A stretch of 64,000 bases of DNA from the human T2T-CHM13v2.0 reference genome, Homo sapiens. The stretch is from assembly GCF_009914755.1 (NCBI RefSeq), contig NC_060926.1; one strand, written 5' to 3'. Positions 29,720 through 41,800 of this stretch are shown piece by piece. Position 1 is the first letter of the stretch; each line of letters opens with the position of its first letter. The notes beneath the pieces were generated by a model, which ran no database searches, was not told the origin of the DNA, and was given only the letters and a program-made list of their open reading frames with translations. Position numbers and translations under genes: made by a program.

Positions 29720-31170
29720 AGCTCAGCCCGCCCCGGGCCAGGTGATCGGCCGCCACATCCCCTGCGACTGAAGCACCTGCTCCGCCATGAACCTGCCAAG
29801 AGCTGAGCGCCCTCGCTCCACACCGCAGCGCAGCCTCCGGGACTCCGATGGGGAAGACGGTAAAATCGATGTCCTGGGAGAGGAGGAAGATGAAGACGAG
29901 GTGGAAGACGAGGAGGAGGAGGCGAGCCAGAAGTTCCTAGAGCAGTCGCTCCAGCCGGGGCTGCAGGTGGCCCGGTGGGGCGGGGTTGCGCTTCCCCGAG
30001 AGCACATCGAGGGCGGCGGCCCGAGCGACCCCTCAGAGTTTGGCACCGAGTTCAGGGCACCGCCAAGGTCTGCGGCGGCCTCTGAAGATGCCCGGCAGCC
30101 GGCAAAGCCCCCCTACTCGTACATCGCGCTCATCACCATGGCCATCCTGCAAAGCCCGCACAAGCGCCTCACGCTCAGCGGCATCTGCGCCTTCATTAGT
30201 GGCCGCTTCCCCTACTACCGCCGCAAGTTCCCCGCCTGGCAGAACAGCATCCGCCACAACCTCTCGCTGAACGACTGCTTCGTCAAGATCCCCCGCGAGC
30301 CGGGCCACCCAGGCAAGGGCACCTACTGGAGCCTGGACCCCGCCTCCCAGGACATGTTCGACAATGGCAGCTTTCTCCGGCGTAGGAAGCGTTTCAAGCG
30401 CCACCAACTGACCCCGGGAGCCCACCTGCCCCACCCCTTCCCTCTACCTGCTGCACACGCCGCCCTGCACAACCCCCGCCCAGGCCCTCTGCTTGGGGCC
30501 CCTGCCCTGCCGCAGCCAGTCCCGGGGGCCTACCCCAACACCGCCCCCGGGAGACGCCCTTACGCTCTGCTGCACCCGCATCCTCCTCGCTACCTACTGC
30601 TCTCGGCCCCCGCCTATGCCGGGGCACCGAAGAAAGCAGAAGGCGCGGACCTGGCGACCCCCGGCACCCTTCCCGTGCTGCAGCCCTCACTTGGTCCTCA
30701 GCCTTGGGAGGAGGGCAAGGGTCTGGCGTCGCCACCGGGAGGCGGATGCATCTCTTTCAGCATTGAGAGTATCATGCAAGGGGTCAGGGGAGCGGGTACA
30801 GGGGCTGCGCAGAGTTTGTCCCCGACCGCGTGGAGCTACTGCCCCCTGCTCCAGCGACCGTCAAGCCTGTCGGACAATTTTGCAGCAACAGCAGCAGCAT
30901 CAGGAGGAGGACTGCGCCAACGGCTGCGCTCCCACCAAGGGCGCGGTGCTGGGCGGGCACCTGTCGGCCGCGTCGGCGCTGCTGCGGTATCAGGCGGTGG
31001 CAGAGGGCTCTAGGCTGACATCGCTGGCTGCCCCTTTGGGCGGAGAGGGGACCTCACCAGTTTTTTTAGTATCGCCCACGCCCAGTTCCCTGGCCAAGTC
31101 CGCAGGGCCCTCCTAGAGCCAGGTGGGAGTGGGGAGCGATCCGCAGCTGCTCACTCCACCTTGCGCGGCC
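29720..31170. other. CpG island over FOXD4L1
   Basis: High GC content with dense CpG. Confidence 0.85.
29787..31013 (+). CDS. FOXD4L1: Forkhead box protein D4-like 1 (intronless, 408 aa)
   Basis: Kozak GCCATG; acidic [11 protein letters not shown] block; forkhead domain [10 protein letters not shown]...[15 protein letters not shown] (~30105-30390); Eh1 motif FSIESIM (30756-30776); length and tail match FOXD4L1 as recalled. Confidence 0.93.
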   Translation: MNLPRAERPRSTPQRSLRDSDGEDGKIDVLGEEEDEDEVEDEEEEASQKFLEQSLQPGLQVARWGGVALPREHIEGGGPSDPSEFGTEFRAPPRSAAASEDARQPAKPPYSYIALITMAILQSPHKRLTLSGICAFISGRFPYYRRKFPAWQNSIRHNLSLNDCFVKIPREPGHPGKGTYWSLDPASQDMFDNGSFLRRRKRFKRHQLTPGAHLPHPFPLPAAHAALHNPRPGPLLGAPALPQPVPGAYPNTAPGRRPYALLHPHPPRYLLLSAPAYAGAPKKAEGADLATPGTLPVLQPSLGPQPWEEGKGLASPPGGGCISFSIESIMQGVRGAGTGAAQSLSPTAWSYCPLLQRPSSLSDNFAATAAASGGGLRQRLRSHQGRGAGRAPVGRVGAAAVSGGGRGL

Positions 31171-31660
31171 CATACTGGGTGTGTGCATCTGAATCCTGCT
31201 GGAGAGCAAACACGAACTTCTGTTCCCTGCAAAATGGTTAGAAAGAAACAGCTGGATTACGTTCCTCTAAAAACCACCTGAACGTAACCTTCGCAGGGCG
31301 TCAAGTCATCTTTTCTTGCCTTCGGCTGTGGCTTCTGTGGCTTTCCGGATTTGCACATTTCCTGGGGTACTATGAACGTGAGTGGGGTATTTTGTTCTGG
31401 CATTAGAAGAAAAACAAGCAAGCAAACAAAAACACAGCCTCCGATGCCAAACATGTTCCCCCTTCTTCACTTCCTTGGAACTGGAAGTGTTATTCCTAAG
31501 TCTAGTGCAAAATGCTTCTACTCTCTGTGTCTTCCTGATAGGGATGTTTAATGTAAGTAGGATATTAATTTCAGAACATTGATTTCTTATCTGTGTGTCT
31601 GACGTGCCATCTTTAATGTTAAAATTAAGGTGTTAAAATTAAGCCTAGTTATATAGACGA

Positions 31661-31666
31661 AATAAA
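31661..31666 (+). terminator. FOXD4L1 polyadenylation signal
   Basis: First AATAAA after the stop codon, followed by a T-rich tract. Confidence 0.6.
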
Positions 31667-32043
31667 ATGCTAAGTCACTACACTACATCGTTTATTTTCT
31701 ATTACGTCTCATTCTTCCCTTTCTAAATGGAACTTTTTAAAACCTACATTATTTTCCCTCAAACAATTTATTTTCACAATTCATATTTATTATAGATAGC
31801 AGAAGTAATCCATTTTAATATGGCCTTTAAAAATTCCAAATATTTGAGGTTGAAAATGTCCTGGCTTTTAAAATAGGAAATTTACTATTTATGAGACTTC
31901 TAAAAGAAAAGAATAGGAGGGCATGTAAATATATTCTCCATTTATTTTTCCTCACCCCCCAACAAGCTGGAAAACCGTTTGAGATCAATTTGGAATGTAG
32001 TGGCCAACATGTACTCAGGGAAAATAAAAGGCTATAAATGTAC

Positions 32044-32067
32044 ATATATATATATATATATATATAC
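32044..32067. repeat. (TA)n microsatellite
   Basis: Direct sequence. Confidence 0.9.
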
Positions 32068-33099
32068 ATTTTTTAAGCACTAGAATTTTCAAAACTTATT
32101 TCTTAAAAAAAAAAAAACTCTGAAAAGACTTTGCAACTAGAAAGGTTTAAGTGTTACTCGGCGTCAGGGGACGGAGTGGGGGGAAACCAGACAAGAACGC
32201 CCATCATGAATTGCTCCCCACAAAGAAAACATATTTCTAGGAACTTGGCCGTTTTCCCCTGTCCCGAGTGGGGTTCCCGATTCCGTGCCGCTTTGAGGGA
32301 AGCTGCTCTGTGAATGTGAGAAAGTTTTTCCCCCAGCCCCCATCTACTCCCCACCCCCAGCTATGAATTTCTTATTTCAGGAGGGAGGACAAACATGGAG
32401 ACACACATTTTTACAGGAGTCTAATTGGCCGATTTTTCTCCGGCTTCTCTTCTCCATCCCGTCTCTTGGAATTTCTTGGCATGCCCTACCTGAGATCCCC
32501 TACGGGAGATTTCCTCTTGGCTCCTGCGGTTCTGAGGACGTTCTGAAAAGTTCCCAAGCCCCACCTTTGGTAGCTGCCCAGACCCCAGCTTCCAATTCTT
32601 CCCTCTTCTTTGCACAGGCAGCCGTCAGCCCCACAGCCCCACCAGCGTCCAGAAGAGACCACTTTTAGCAAATCCGGCAGGGCTGGGGCAGTCTAAGAGT
32701 TTGGAAACAAACTGAGAATAGAGGGGTCCTATGTCATGCCAGCTTCTCGCTGGTTTACGCTCCAACTCCCCTCTGTCCGTTGTGCGAAAACGTCTCCAGG
32801 CCGACCTTCCTTCATTTATTGCCAACAAACGTCCTGGGAGAGCGGCTACAGCCGCTGAACCCAGAAGGGACTTTCTCTAGGCTTTCTTGGCACCCTCCCA
32901 ATCATCTTCCTTCTCTTGCCCGAGGGCAGACCACCCGGCTACGAACGTGGGTGACTGAGGGTCAGGCCCCTTCCCGGAACCGCCTCCAAGCTCCTAATTT
33001 TTGCCTAATGTGAAACATATCCAAAGATGAATACTTAAACCATCAGTTCCGTGGCGGAGTAAATTGAACGTTGTTCTCCGATCAAACAGGAGCTTCGGG

Positions 33100-34720
33100 T
33101 CCACCTGTTTGGAAGCACCCAGGCGGCTTGGAGGGGTCCGGCCTTCGGGCGCGACCCGCAGGGGTTGCCTTGCCCGGCTCGCGGAACGGACGTTTACCCG
33201 TCGCAGCTACGAACCCACCAACGACACCAAGCACTGGCCGGGCAGACCAGGCGTCGTGGAGGCGCCCCAGCCCCGCAGCCCCCCGCAACGACGCGTCCCA
33301 GGGGTGCGCAGTGCTTGGCGCGGTGCCCGGACCCGGCCGCCTTCCCGACCGCGCAGAGCGAGAGGCCACACCCTGGATCCCAGGCCGGGTCCCTGCGGTT
33401 CTGGGAGGGAGGTCCCGGACGCCTCCCAGATCTCGGGCTTCTGTAACCCCGAGGCCGGGTTTTAAAATCACGGCTCTTCCGAGTTACACGAAGAGTCCGT
33501 GGTCAAGGGTCAAGGGCGGTCTTCGACCCTCGGGATCGTCTTCTTGAGAAATGGCTGAGAGCTAAGCCTAGAGCTGCCCAGGGAAGGAAGCCAAAGAGCT
33601 GGCGCCGAGCGCGGAGGGCTGGGAGGCGCGGGGAGGCCCCTTACCCGCCCCACTGTCCTGCCCGCCAATGACGCCGATGACAGTGACAGCGTCGGCCGAG
33701 TGCTTCCCCTGCTCCGGGTCGGCCAGGCACCGGGTCCTCCTTCAGCACTCGCAGCACGCACTGAAGAAGACGCTACGGAACTCTCCGTTTTCCAGACTCG
33801 GGGGAATTAGGAAACTCGCCCGGCGACCCTCGCGCAGTAGCACCGGGCCAGGTTTGCTTTCGGAACCGCTGACTGCACTCGCCGCCTTTCCCGCCTGGGC
33901 CTCTCGCGGGTCGCAGGGGTGGAAGCCCGACCTGGGCCAGGGCCCGGATTTCTTCCTCCCGGCCTCTGCGCCACCGCCCCCGGTGCAGGACGCGCTTTGC
34001 TCTCGCCGAGACCCAGACGCGCTGAAAGCCTCGCGCGGGCAGTTCCCCGCCCCACGCCCCGGGCTGCGCGTTCTCCCGCAAAGCCTCTGCCGAGTGCGCG
34101 CAACGGCGCCGCCGGACTCCCCGGGACCGCGCTCCCGCGCACGCCTGACCGGAGCACCCCGCTTCACGGGGGCGTTCTGCGCGTCCTTCCTCCCCGGTGC
34201 GATTTCCATTCTTTTTCCTCTCGCGGTCCCCAGGAGCCCAGGCACCCCTCGACTCCCCGGGACTCCCTGCGGGCCCGAAGCCGCCTTCCCGAGGCGGCGG
34301 AGTTGGGCAGCTCCGGGCCCCGCGCCGCCCCGCAGAGCCGGAGTTTCTCTCCGGAGTCTGGATACAGCTCTCCGCTTCGTCGCCGCGCACTGGACCCCGG
34401 TAGCGTGGAGCCTGCCCGGGAAGCTGGGCTGCGCCGGCCTGGGGCGAAGGTCCAAGGGGCGCGGGGGCCGGGACGCGGGGCTGTGGCAACGACCGGCCCT
34501 CTGCGAACGCTCGGGCCGGCGGGTCCGGGGCCACAGGCTGGGAGTGGAGCTGGCGGCCACTGGGGAGTAGAGAGGACGCCCAGGAACAGGTGCACCAGGG
34601 TCCCGGCGGCTGGGCCGAGGGTCGCAAGCAGAGGGGACCGGCGGCTGCCAGCAAGTCCCAAGCAGATGCCTCTGGCGGGGCAGCCGCATTCTACAGCGCC
34701 CATTCCGCGTACATCGAGTA
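33100..34720. promoter_or_regulatory. Second CpG island downstream of FOXD4L1, no credible CDS
   Basis: ~1.6 kb, very GC- and CpG-rich, non-repetitive. Confidence 0.8.
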
Positions 34721-35877
34721 TCCAAAATGAGTAAAATCGGTTTATACGTTGGAATGTAGCTTATGATTCCAAAATCTCATCTCCAGGCTGCCTAGATCAC
34801 ACGGCCCCGTTTCATTCATTTTTACTTAATAACGGTCGTTGGACAATTTAGAGAAGCAGCAGAAACCACGAGAAAAACAGTGGAGTCAAACGGCGGTAAG
34901 GACTGACAAGGCTGGCGGGGACATTGAGCAAACGGCGGCTTCTGAGTTGGCACCAGTCCTTCACCACGTTGTGTGGGAAGTGTGGGGAGTCAGGATTCCC
35001 ACTCCTCCCCAGCCTTCCGGAAAAATGCTCGGAAATTTCCTTCCACATTGACACCTGATTACAGTCTACATAGTAACCTTATTCTGATCGTTAATGTAAC
35101 CTTCTCGTAATCTCTACAAAAATACTTTAGTTTTTCTAGCTGTGTTTTCATGTAATCACTGAAATTATTTTTAATTGGTTTTAAGCATTCATTGATTCCA
35201 TATACACCACCTGCAAAAAAGTTACATAGGTGATCGCTAACAATACTAGAATTCGCCCCATCCAAAGGAAACATTAGAGTAGAAAAAGAAAAAGGATTTG
35301 AGAATCCAGTATGAAATTCAGTTAATCATTACTTCCCTGTTACTCAACTACCTTAACATTGTCAGGTTTACCTGAACATAAACTTCATTTTCTTAATTGT
35401 TCTTAGAACGAAGGGATATGTTTATTGAAATCAGTAATTAAGAATATTTTGGGACAGTTATGATTTACTTAGCCAGTGAAGCAGTTTCTATTCCCAAATC
35501 CAGGCAAAGAGAACAATAAGATTAAACGTAGCCTAAGAGATTTCCTTTTTGTCAAATAATGTGATTTTGCTATGTATAGAGGAGATGTCTATATGTAAGG
35601 GCATATTTATGACCAGTAGTTCCTAAAATTAAGGGGACTATTATTGTGTTACTCAAGGTATCAGTTGTATAGGATACATTATGTCATATTTCAAACAATG
35701 TTTATAAAGAGATTAGTATAATTAACCTGTATGTACTTCTCCTCTGGGCCAACCTTGTGTCTTCTTTGTCTGCTGACAGTCCCCTCCCCACTGAATTATT
35801 TTGAATCAAATCCCAGATAGTCTATCATTGTATTGTATTTTTGAATATTTCTCTAATAGATAATAATTCCATCAATG

Positions 35878-36001
35878 AGACTGGGTGCAGTGGCTCCTCC
35901 CTGTAATCCCAGCTCTTTGGGAGGCAGAGGTTGGAGGATCACTTTAGGCCAGGAGTTCAAGACCACCCTGAGCAACATAGCAAGACCCCATTTATAAAAA
36001 A
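35878..36001 (+). mobile_element. Alu monomer (FLAM-like) within an old L1 fragment
   Basis: Left-arm Alu sequence with a short A-tail. Confidence 0.75.
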
Positions 36002-37669
36002 GAATATTCCCATCAACGTAACCACAATACCATTATCACACCTAAATAATCCATTAATAGCATCGGTTTATCCAGGCAATATTTAAATATCTTCAATTGT
36101 CTAAAAACTTTTTGTTTAGTTGGTCGGTTTGAATTAGAATGCTAATAAGGGTTACGTATTGTGTTTGGTTGATATGGGCTATTATATCTCTTTTAGATTT
36201 CCTCAATCCTCTTTTTTTGTTTCCCTTGCATTTTTTATGGGAGAAACTGAACTGTTTGTTCTGAAGAAGCTGACATTCTGGACTTTGTAGCTGCAGGTAA
36301 TAGTTTTTTGGCAAGATATTCCCAGGGATAAGGTCGTTTATTCAGACTTTTGAATATTGGCAAATAATAATATTGTTTGTAGAGGGAGAAGGATTAGTCA
36401 AGATATTTTGAAGAATCAACTATTGAAAAAACAAATTTTTATCAGAGTAAGCATGGATCTGGTAAAGATTATGTGAAATTTTCCTAAGTGCAAATACAAT
36501 CTAAAATTGTAATGTCTTACAATTAAAAAATAGATTATTTTCCATATATTTATAGAAATATAAATGATCAATCAACTATTTCATTGACAATTTTAAATCT
36601 AGTTTTATCTTGAGGAGAATAAAGTTTTTTATATCTTTAGTATTTTAGTTGAAGATCCAAAGACATTTTATGTTAAAACTTTAGGTTTTATATTGTTTTG
36701 TGTTTTAAAACATAAAATCTAAAATGTGGTAATATCCATGAGGTGCAGAGAGAGTAATAGCACAAATTCTGTGTTCATGAAAATTCATTTTAGGATAACT
36801 TAATTAAAAGGACTCAGGATTTGAATGATATTAGATTAGACAGAAAAAAGTTCACTTGAGTGTAAGACATAAGTAATAAAAACCAAAGGTAGCTAACTTT
36901 TGTAGGCTTCTTTTTCTTTAACGAGTATGCATATGAAATAAAATTTCCATGTCCATGTCCATTTTTCCAAGGTACATAGGGCTTCTATAATTTCGTCTAT
37001 TTCATCCTGCAGTTATTTTCACGGGTCTCTGTGTCCACCACTATCTGGAATCTCTGAGATGGTGAAAACGAAATCTTATTCTTCTTTATATTTCAAACAA
37101 TTCCTAGCACATTATCAAAAATACCTGATAAAATTTATTGTGTCTGTAATACTGGTAAGCATGTAAAAGGGTGGTAAATATATAGGCTTTAAGTTTAGAT
37201 AGATCTAAATATTATTAAAATTACCAAATTATTGTTTTTAAAAAGCATTAGTTTCCTAGGACAAATAGAGATTTTTAGATAAGGCTGGATTTGTAATACT
37301 TTAAGCAACAGGTCACAGTGCTTAAGTATTTAATGCCGATTTGGCAAGCAGCTGATGTTTTATATAATGCTGTCGGGTATTTTATATTTGCGTGTATTTT
37401 CTGATGCACTGGATCCAGCACTTCATGTCACGTCATATATCTGTTTATAATGTATACAAATGTATTTTCATATATATTTGATGTTTGATGGCTTTGAAAC
37501 TTTAATCTTGAAATAGATTTTAAATTTTTATTAAAACTATTTAAATAATTACTGTAAGGAAAGAGCTCTTATTAGTTGAAAGAAAATGTAGATTCATGTT
37601 TCCTTGGAGACTAGTCTAGTTTCCAAGGATAGACGGCAGTGAGGAGTTGGGTATCTAGATGGAATTTCT

Positions 37670-37885
37670 GTTGGTTTGGATTCCAGCTCTGCTGCTTACC
37701 AGCTTTGTGACCTCAGGCAAACAACTTAACCTCTCCAAGCCTCAATTTCCCCATCTATATAATGGTGATATTTATAAGTTTCACCTTATAGGGCCATGGT
37801 GGGGATCACATGAAATAGTGTATGTGAAGTGCTTAGTACAGTGCCTGGCACATACTCAATGCTCTATGCATGTCAGCTAGTACTT
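37670..37885 (+). mobile_element. MIR
   Basis: Core CCAGCTCTG...GTGACCT.GGCAA...CTTAACCTCT...CCTCAATTTCCCCATCT. Confidence 0.75.
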
Positions 37886-38849
37886 AATGATGCTAATAAA
37901 CATGTTATGTCCCTAAGCACGGGTGGGATCTTGCCTGACGTCCTTCTCTCTGCGTCCTGGTCAGTCTTCACATGGTGGGCATCCTTTATTTCCGGTCACA
38001 CACGGGTGGTACACAGAGCGTGCTGTTTCTTCCCTGCCAGAAGGTTCCTGCTGCAGCTCTCCTGCTAGTTTAGCTTAGCCTTCTGGTTTGAGGGATGAGT
38101 CACATGTACCATCACTTCCCAGGACCAACAGGACCTTTCAGGAAAGCTATCCCTGCTTACACAGAGAATTGCCCTTGCCTAACACTGAAGCCTGGCAGAG
38201 TAACATGAAATAACCACAGCAATTCTAAAATTAGAATTAGCACGCCTAGAATAACAGGTATAACCTTCTCTTGTACTTTATCACTTGCTTCATTTCTGCT
38301 CAGCCTAATTTTCACTTGATGTGTAGATTTATTTTTTGTTCACCCATCCAGAAAATGTTGACTGAGGAATTACTCTGTGTTAGGCGCTGTTGTAGGAGCA
38401 AGGGATACAATGATGATCAAGGCAGATGCAGCCCTTACCTTCAGGTCGTGGAGTCCGGATACAGACTGGAGGCAGGCAGCTGTAAGATGTGTGACAAATG
38501 CTGCGCTGGATCAGCCCATGGTATTAGGAGAGCAGGTAAGGGAGGGTGGGGACGGGAGCGGACAACCTGGAGGAAGAGGCACCTAAGCAGAGTCCGGAAG
38601 GCTGAGGAGGAGTCAGCAGGTGAAAGAGAGGGGAATCATGACATGCCACCTCAACTGTAGGGCACGGCTAGCTGGCTGACTTAGCTGCTGTAACACCGGA
38701 TTTTTGCAAGACTCCCTGAGTATTTCTCGTGGACTTGCGAACAAATCTGAGCAAGAAAACCACGTAATTTCTTTTATGCCCTGCCCAAGAAAGCCACCTG
38801 GAGGGGCAAGGGGACCTTAGCAGAAAGAAGCTGGAGGTGGGGGGAGAGC

Positions 38850-41800
38850 AGGGTGATGTTACTCTCCATATGGTGGGGGGTGGACACCTCCCTGTCACAT
38901 GGCTCGTAATATCCAGCGGGGGAGAGGGGGCTGACTTTCCCCTACGTTGTTGGTAATATCACCCCCCTCTCTCCCGCTAAATATTAAGTACAATATCACA
39001 GGTGGGGCGTACACCCCCGGCGATGTTTGAAGTAATATCAACTTCTCCCCCTCTGGATGTTAGAAACAATATCACAGGGGGGTGTACACCCCCCTGCGAT
39101 CCTGGGAGTAACATCATCCTCTTTCCCCCGGATATTAGGAACAATATCACAGAAGGTGTTTACAACTTTTGCAATGTTGGGAGTAATATCATCCTCTCTC
39201 ACCCTAGATATTCAGAACAACATCACATGGGAATTGTACCCTTCTGTTTATTGAGAGTAATATCATCCTCTCCCTTTCTGTATATTAGAAACAATATCAC
39301 AGAGGGCTGTGTACACCCCCAGGAATGCTTTGAGTAATATTATCCTCTCTCTGCCTGGATATTTGGAACAATATGACAGGAGTTGTGTACACCCACTGTG
39401 ATATTTGGTTTAATATCAACCTCTATCCCCTGGATATTGGGAGTAATATCCATCTTTAGCCCCTGGATACTAGGGACAATATCACAGGAGGGGTGTATAC
39501 ACACGGCGCTATTGGGAGTAATATCATTTTCTCCACCCCCTGATATTAGGTACAATATAACAGTGGGGACGTGCACCCCCTGGGATATTGGGAGTAATAT
39601 TAATCCCTTCCCCTGTGGATGTTAGGAACAATATCACAGAAGGGGTGTATACCCCCAGCGATATTGGGAGTAAGATCATCCTCTCCCAACTTGGATATTA
39701 GGAACAATATCACAGGGGAAGTGTATAACCCCTGCGATATTGTGAGTAATATCATCCTCTCCCAAAAGGGAGATTAGGAACAATATCACAAGAAAGGTGT
39801 ACACCTCTTCTGATATTTGTGGTAATATCATCTCCTCCCCTCATTGATATTAGGAACGATATCACAAGGTGTGTACAGCCCCTGCGATATTGGGAGTAAT
39901 ATTATTCTCTCTTCCCCTGGATATTAGAAATAATATCACAGGCGGAGTGTACAGCCAACCCCCTGCGATATTGGGGGTAATATCATCCTCTTTTAAACTG
40001 GATATTAGGAACAATATCACAGGGGGCTTGTACACTTCTTTTGATACTGGGAGTAATATCATCCTCTCCACAAGTAAATAGTAGGAAAAATATCAAAGAA
40101 GGTGTGTACACCGCTTGTGATATTGGGAGTAATATCATCCTACCTCACCTGGATATTAGAAAAAATATCGGGGGGCGTTTACACCACCTGCGATATTGGG
40201 AGTAATATGATTTTCTACCCCAGTGGATATTTAGAACAATATCACAGGGGCAGTGTACACCCTCTGAGACATTGCGAGTAATATCGTTCTCACCCCGCCG
40301 CCCCCACCCCAGATGTTAGGAACAATATAACAGGCAGATTATACACCTGCCGCAACATTGAAAGTAATATCATCCTTTTCCCCCTGGATATTAGGAACAA
40401 TATCTTATGGGGGGTTTACAGCCCATTCCATTTTGGGAGTAATAGCAACTTCTTCATTGCTGGAAATAAGAAACAACATAGCAGTTCTGGTGTACACACC
40501 CTGTGATATGGGCAGTAATATCATAGACTCTCCCCCGGCGTATTAGGAACAATATCAAAAAGGGGTGTATACCCACAGCGATTTTGGGATTAATATCATA
40601 CTCTCCCCCCTGGATATTAGGAACCATATCAAAGAAGGAGTGTCTACCCCTTGCGATAGTGACAGTAATATCATCCTCTCCCTCCCTGGATATTAAGAAC
40701 AATAAAACAGAATTGGTGTACACCCCCTGCGATATTGGGGGTAATATCTTCCCCTCCCCCGCTGGCTATTAGGGACAGTGTCACAGAAGGGGTGTCCACT
40801 CCCTGCTATATTGGGAGTGAGATCTTCCTCTCCGTCCCTGGATATTAGGAACAATATCCCTAGGGAGTGTACACCTCCTGCAATAGTGAGACTAACATCA
40901 TCCTCTCGCCCCCTGGATATTAGGATCAATATCTCAGGGGTGGTGTACATCCCCTGCGAAACTGGAAGAAATATCATCCTCTCCACCTTTGGACGTTAGG
41001 GACAGTATCACGGGGGAGGTCTACGCCCCCTGCGACATTGGGAGTCATATCATCCGCTCCCACCCAGGATATTAGGAAAAAAGATGACCGAAGGGGTGTA
41101 TACCCACTGCGATATTTTTCATAATGTCATCCTCTACTCCCTGGCAATTACGAATAACATCATAGAGGGGTGTACACTTTCTGTGATATTGGGAGTAACA
41201 TCCTCTACCCCTCGGATATCGGGAACAATTATATTAAGTATTAATATTCATAAATATAATAACAATTAATAGAAATCATCGATATAAATAATTACTATAA
41301 AGATAGTAAAAGTTAATACGGATTAAAAATATTAATGGTTACTATTAATAATAGCAACCTCACTATTAATTATAACAATATCGGTAATTAATGTTACTTA
41401 ATTAAATCAATACGTGATGTTGGTAATAAAACAATAATTAAGATTAATAACTAATATTGAAAAATGACAATACTAATAATTAATTTTAATCATGCATAAT
41501 CATATTTAAAAATCATTAATGATTAGTAAAGTTATACTATTAATATTACCATTGATAATTATTAAGACTGATGTTTAATAATTAGTAATATTATTAAGAC
41601 TGATGCTTAATAATTAATCATATTATTTCTCCTAATACCGTAGGGGGTGTACACCTACCTGTGATATTGTTCCTAATATCCAGGGATGGAGAGCATGATA
41701 TTAGTTTTAATATCTCAGTAGGTGTACACTCACCCTGTGACACTGATCCTAATATCCAGGGAGTAGAGTATGACATGACTCCCAACATAGCAATGAATGT

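Noticed and set aside
33064-34734. Long overlapping ORFs of 270-327 aa on both strands
   Set aside because: Arg/Pro/Gly/Ala-rich with no recognisable domain; expected from stop-codon scarcity in a CpG island
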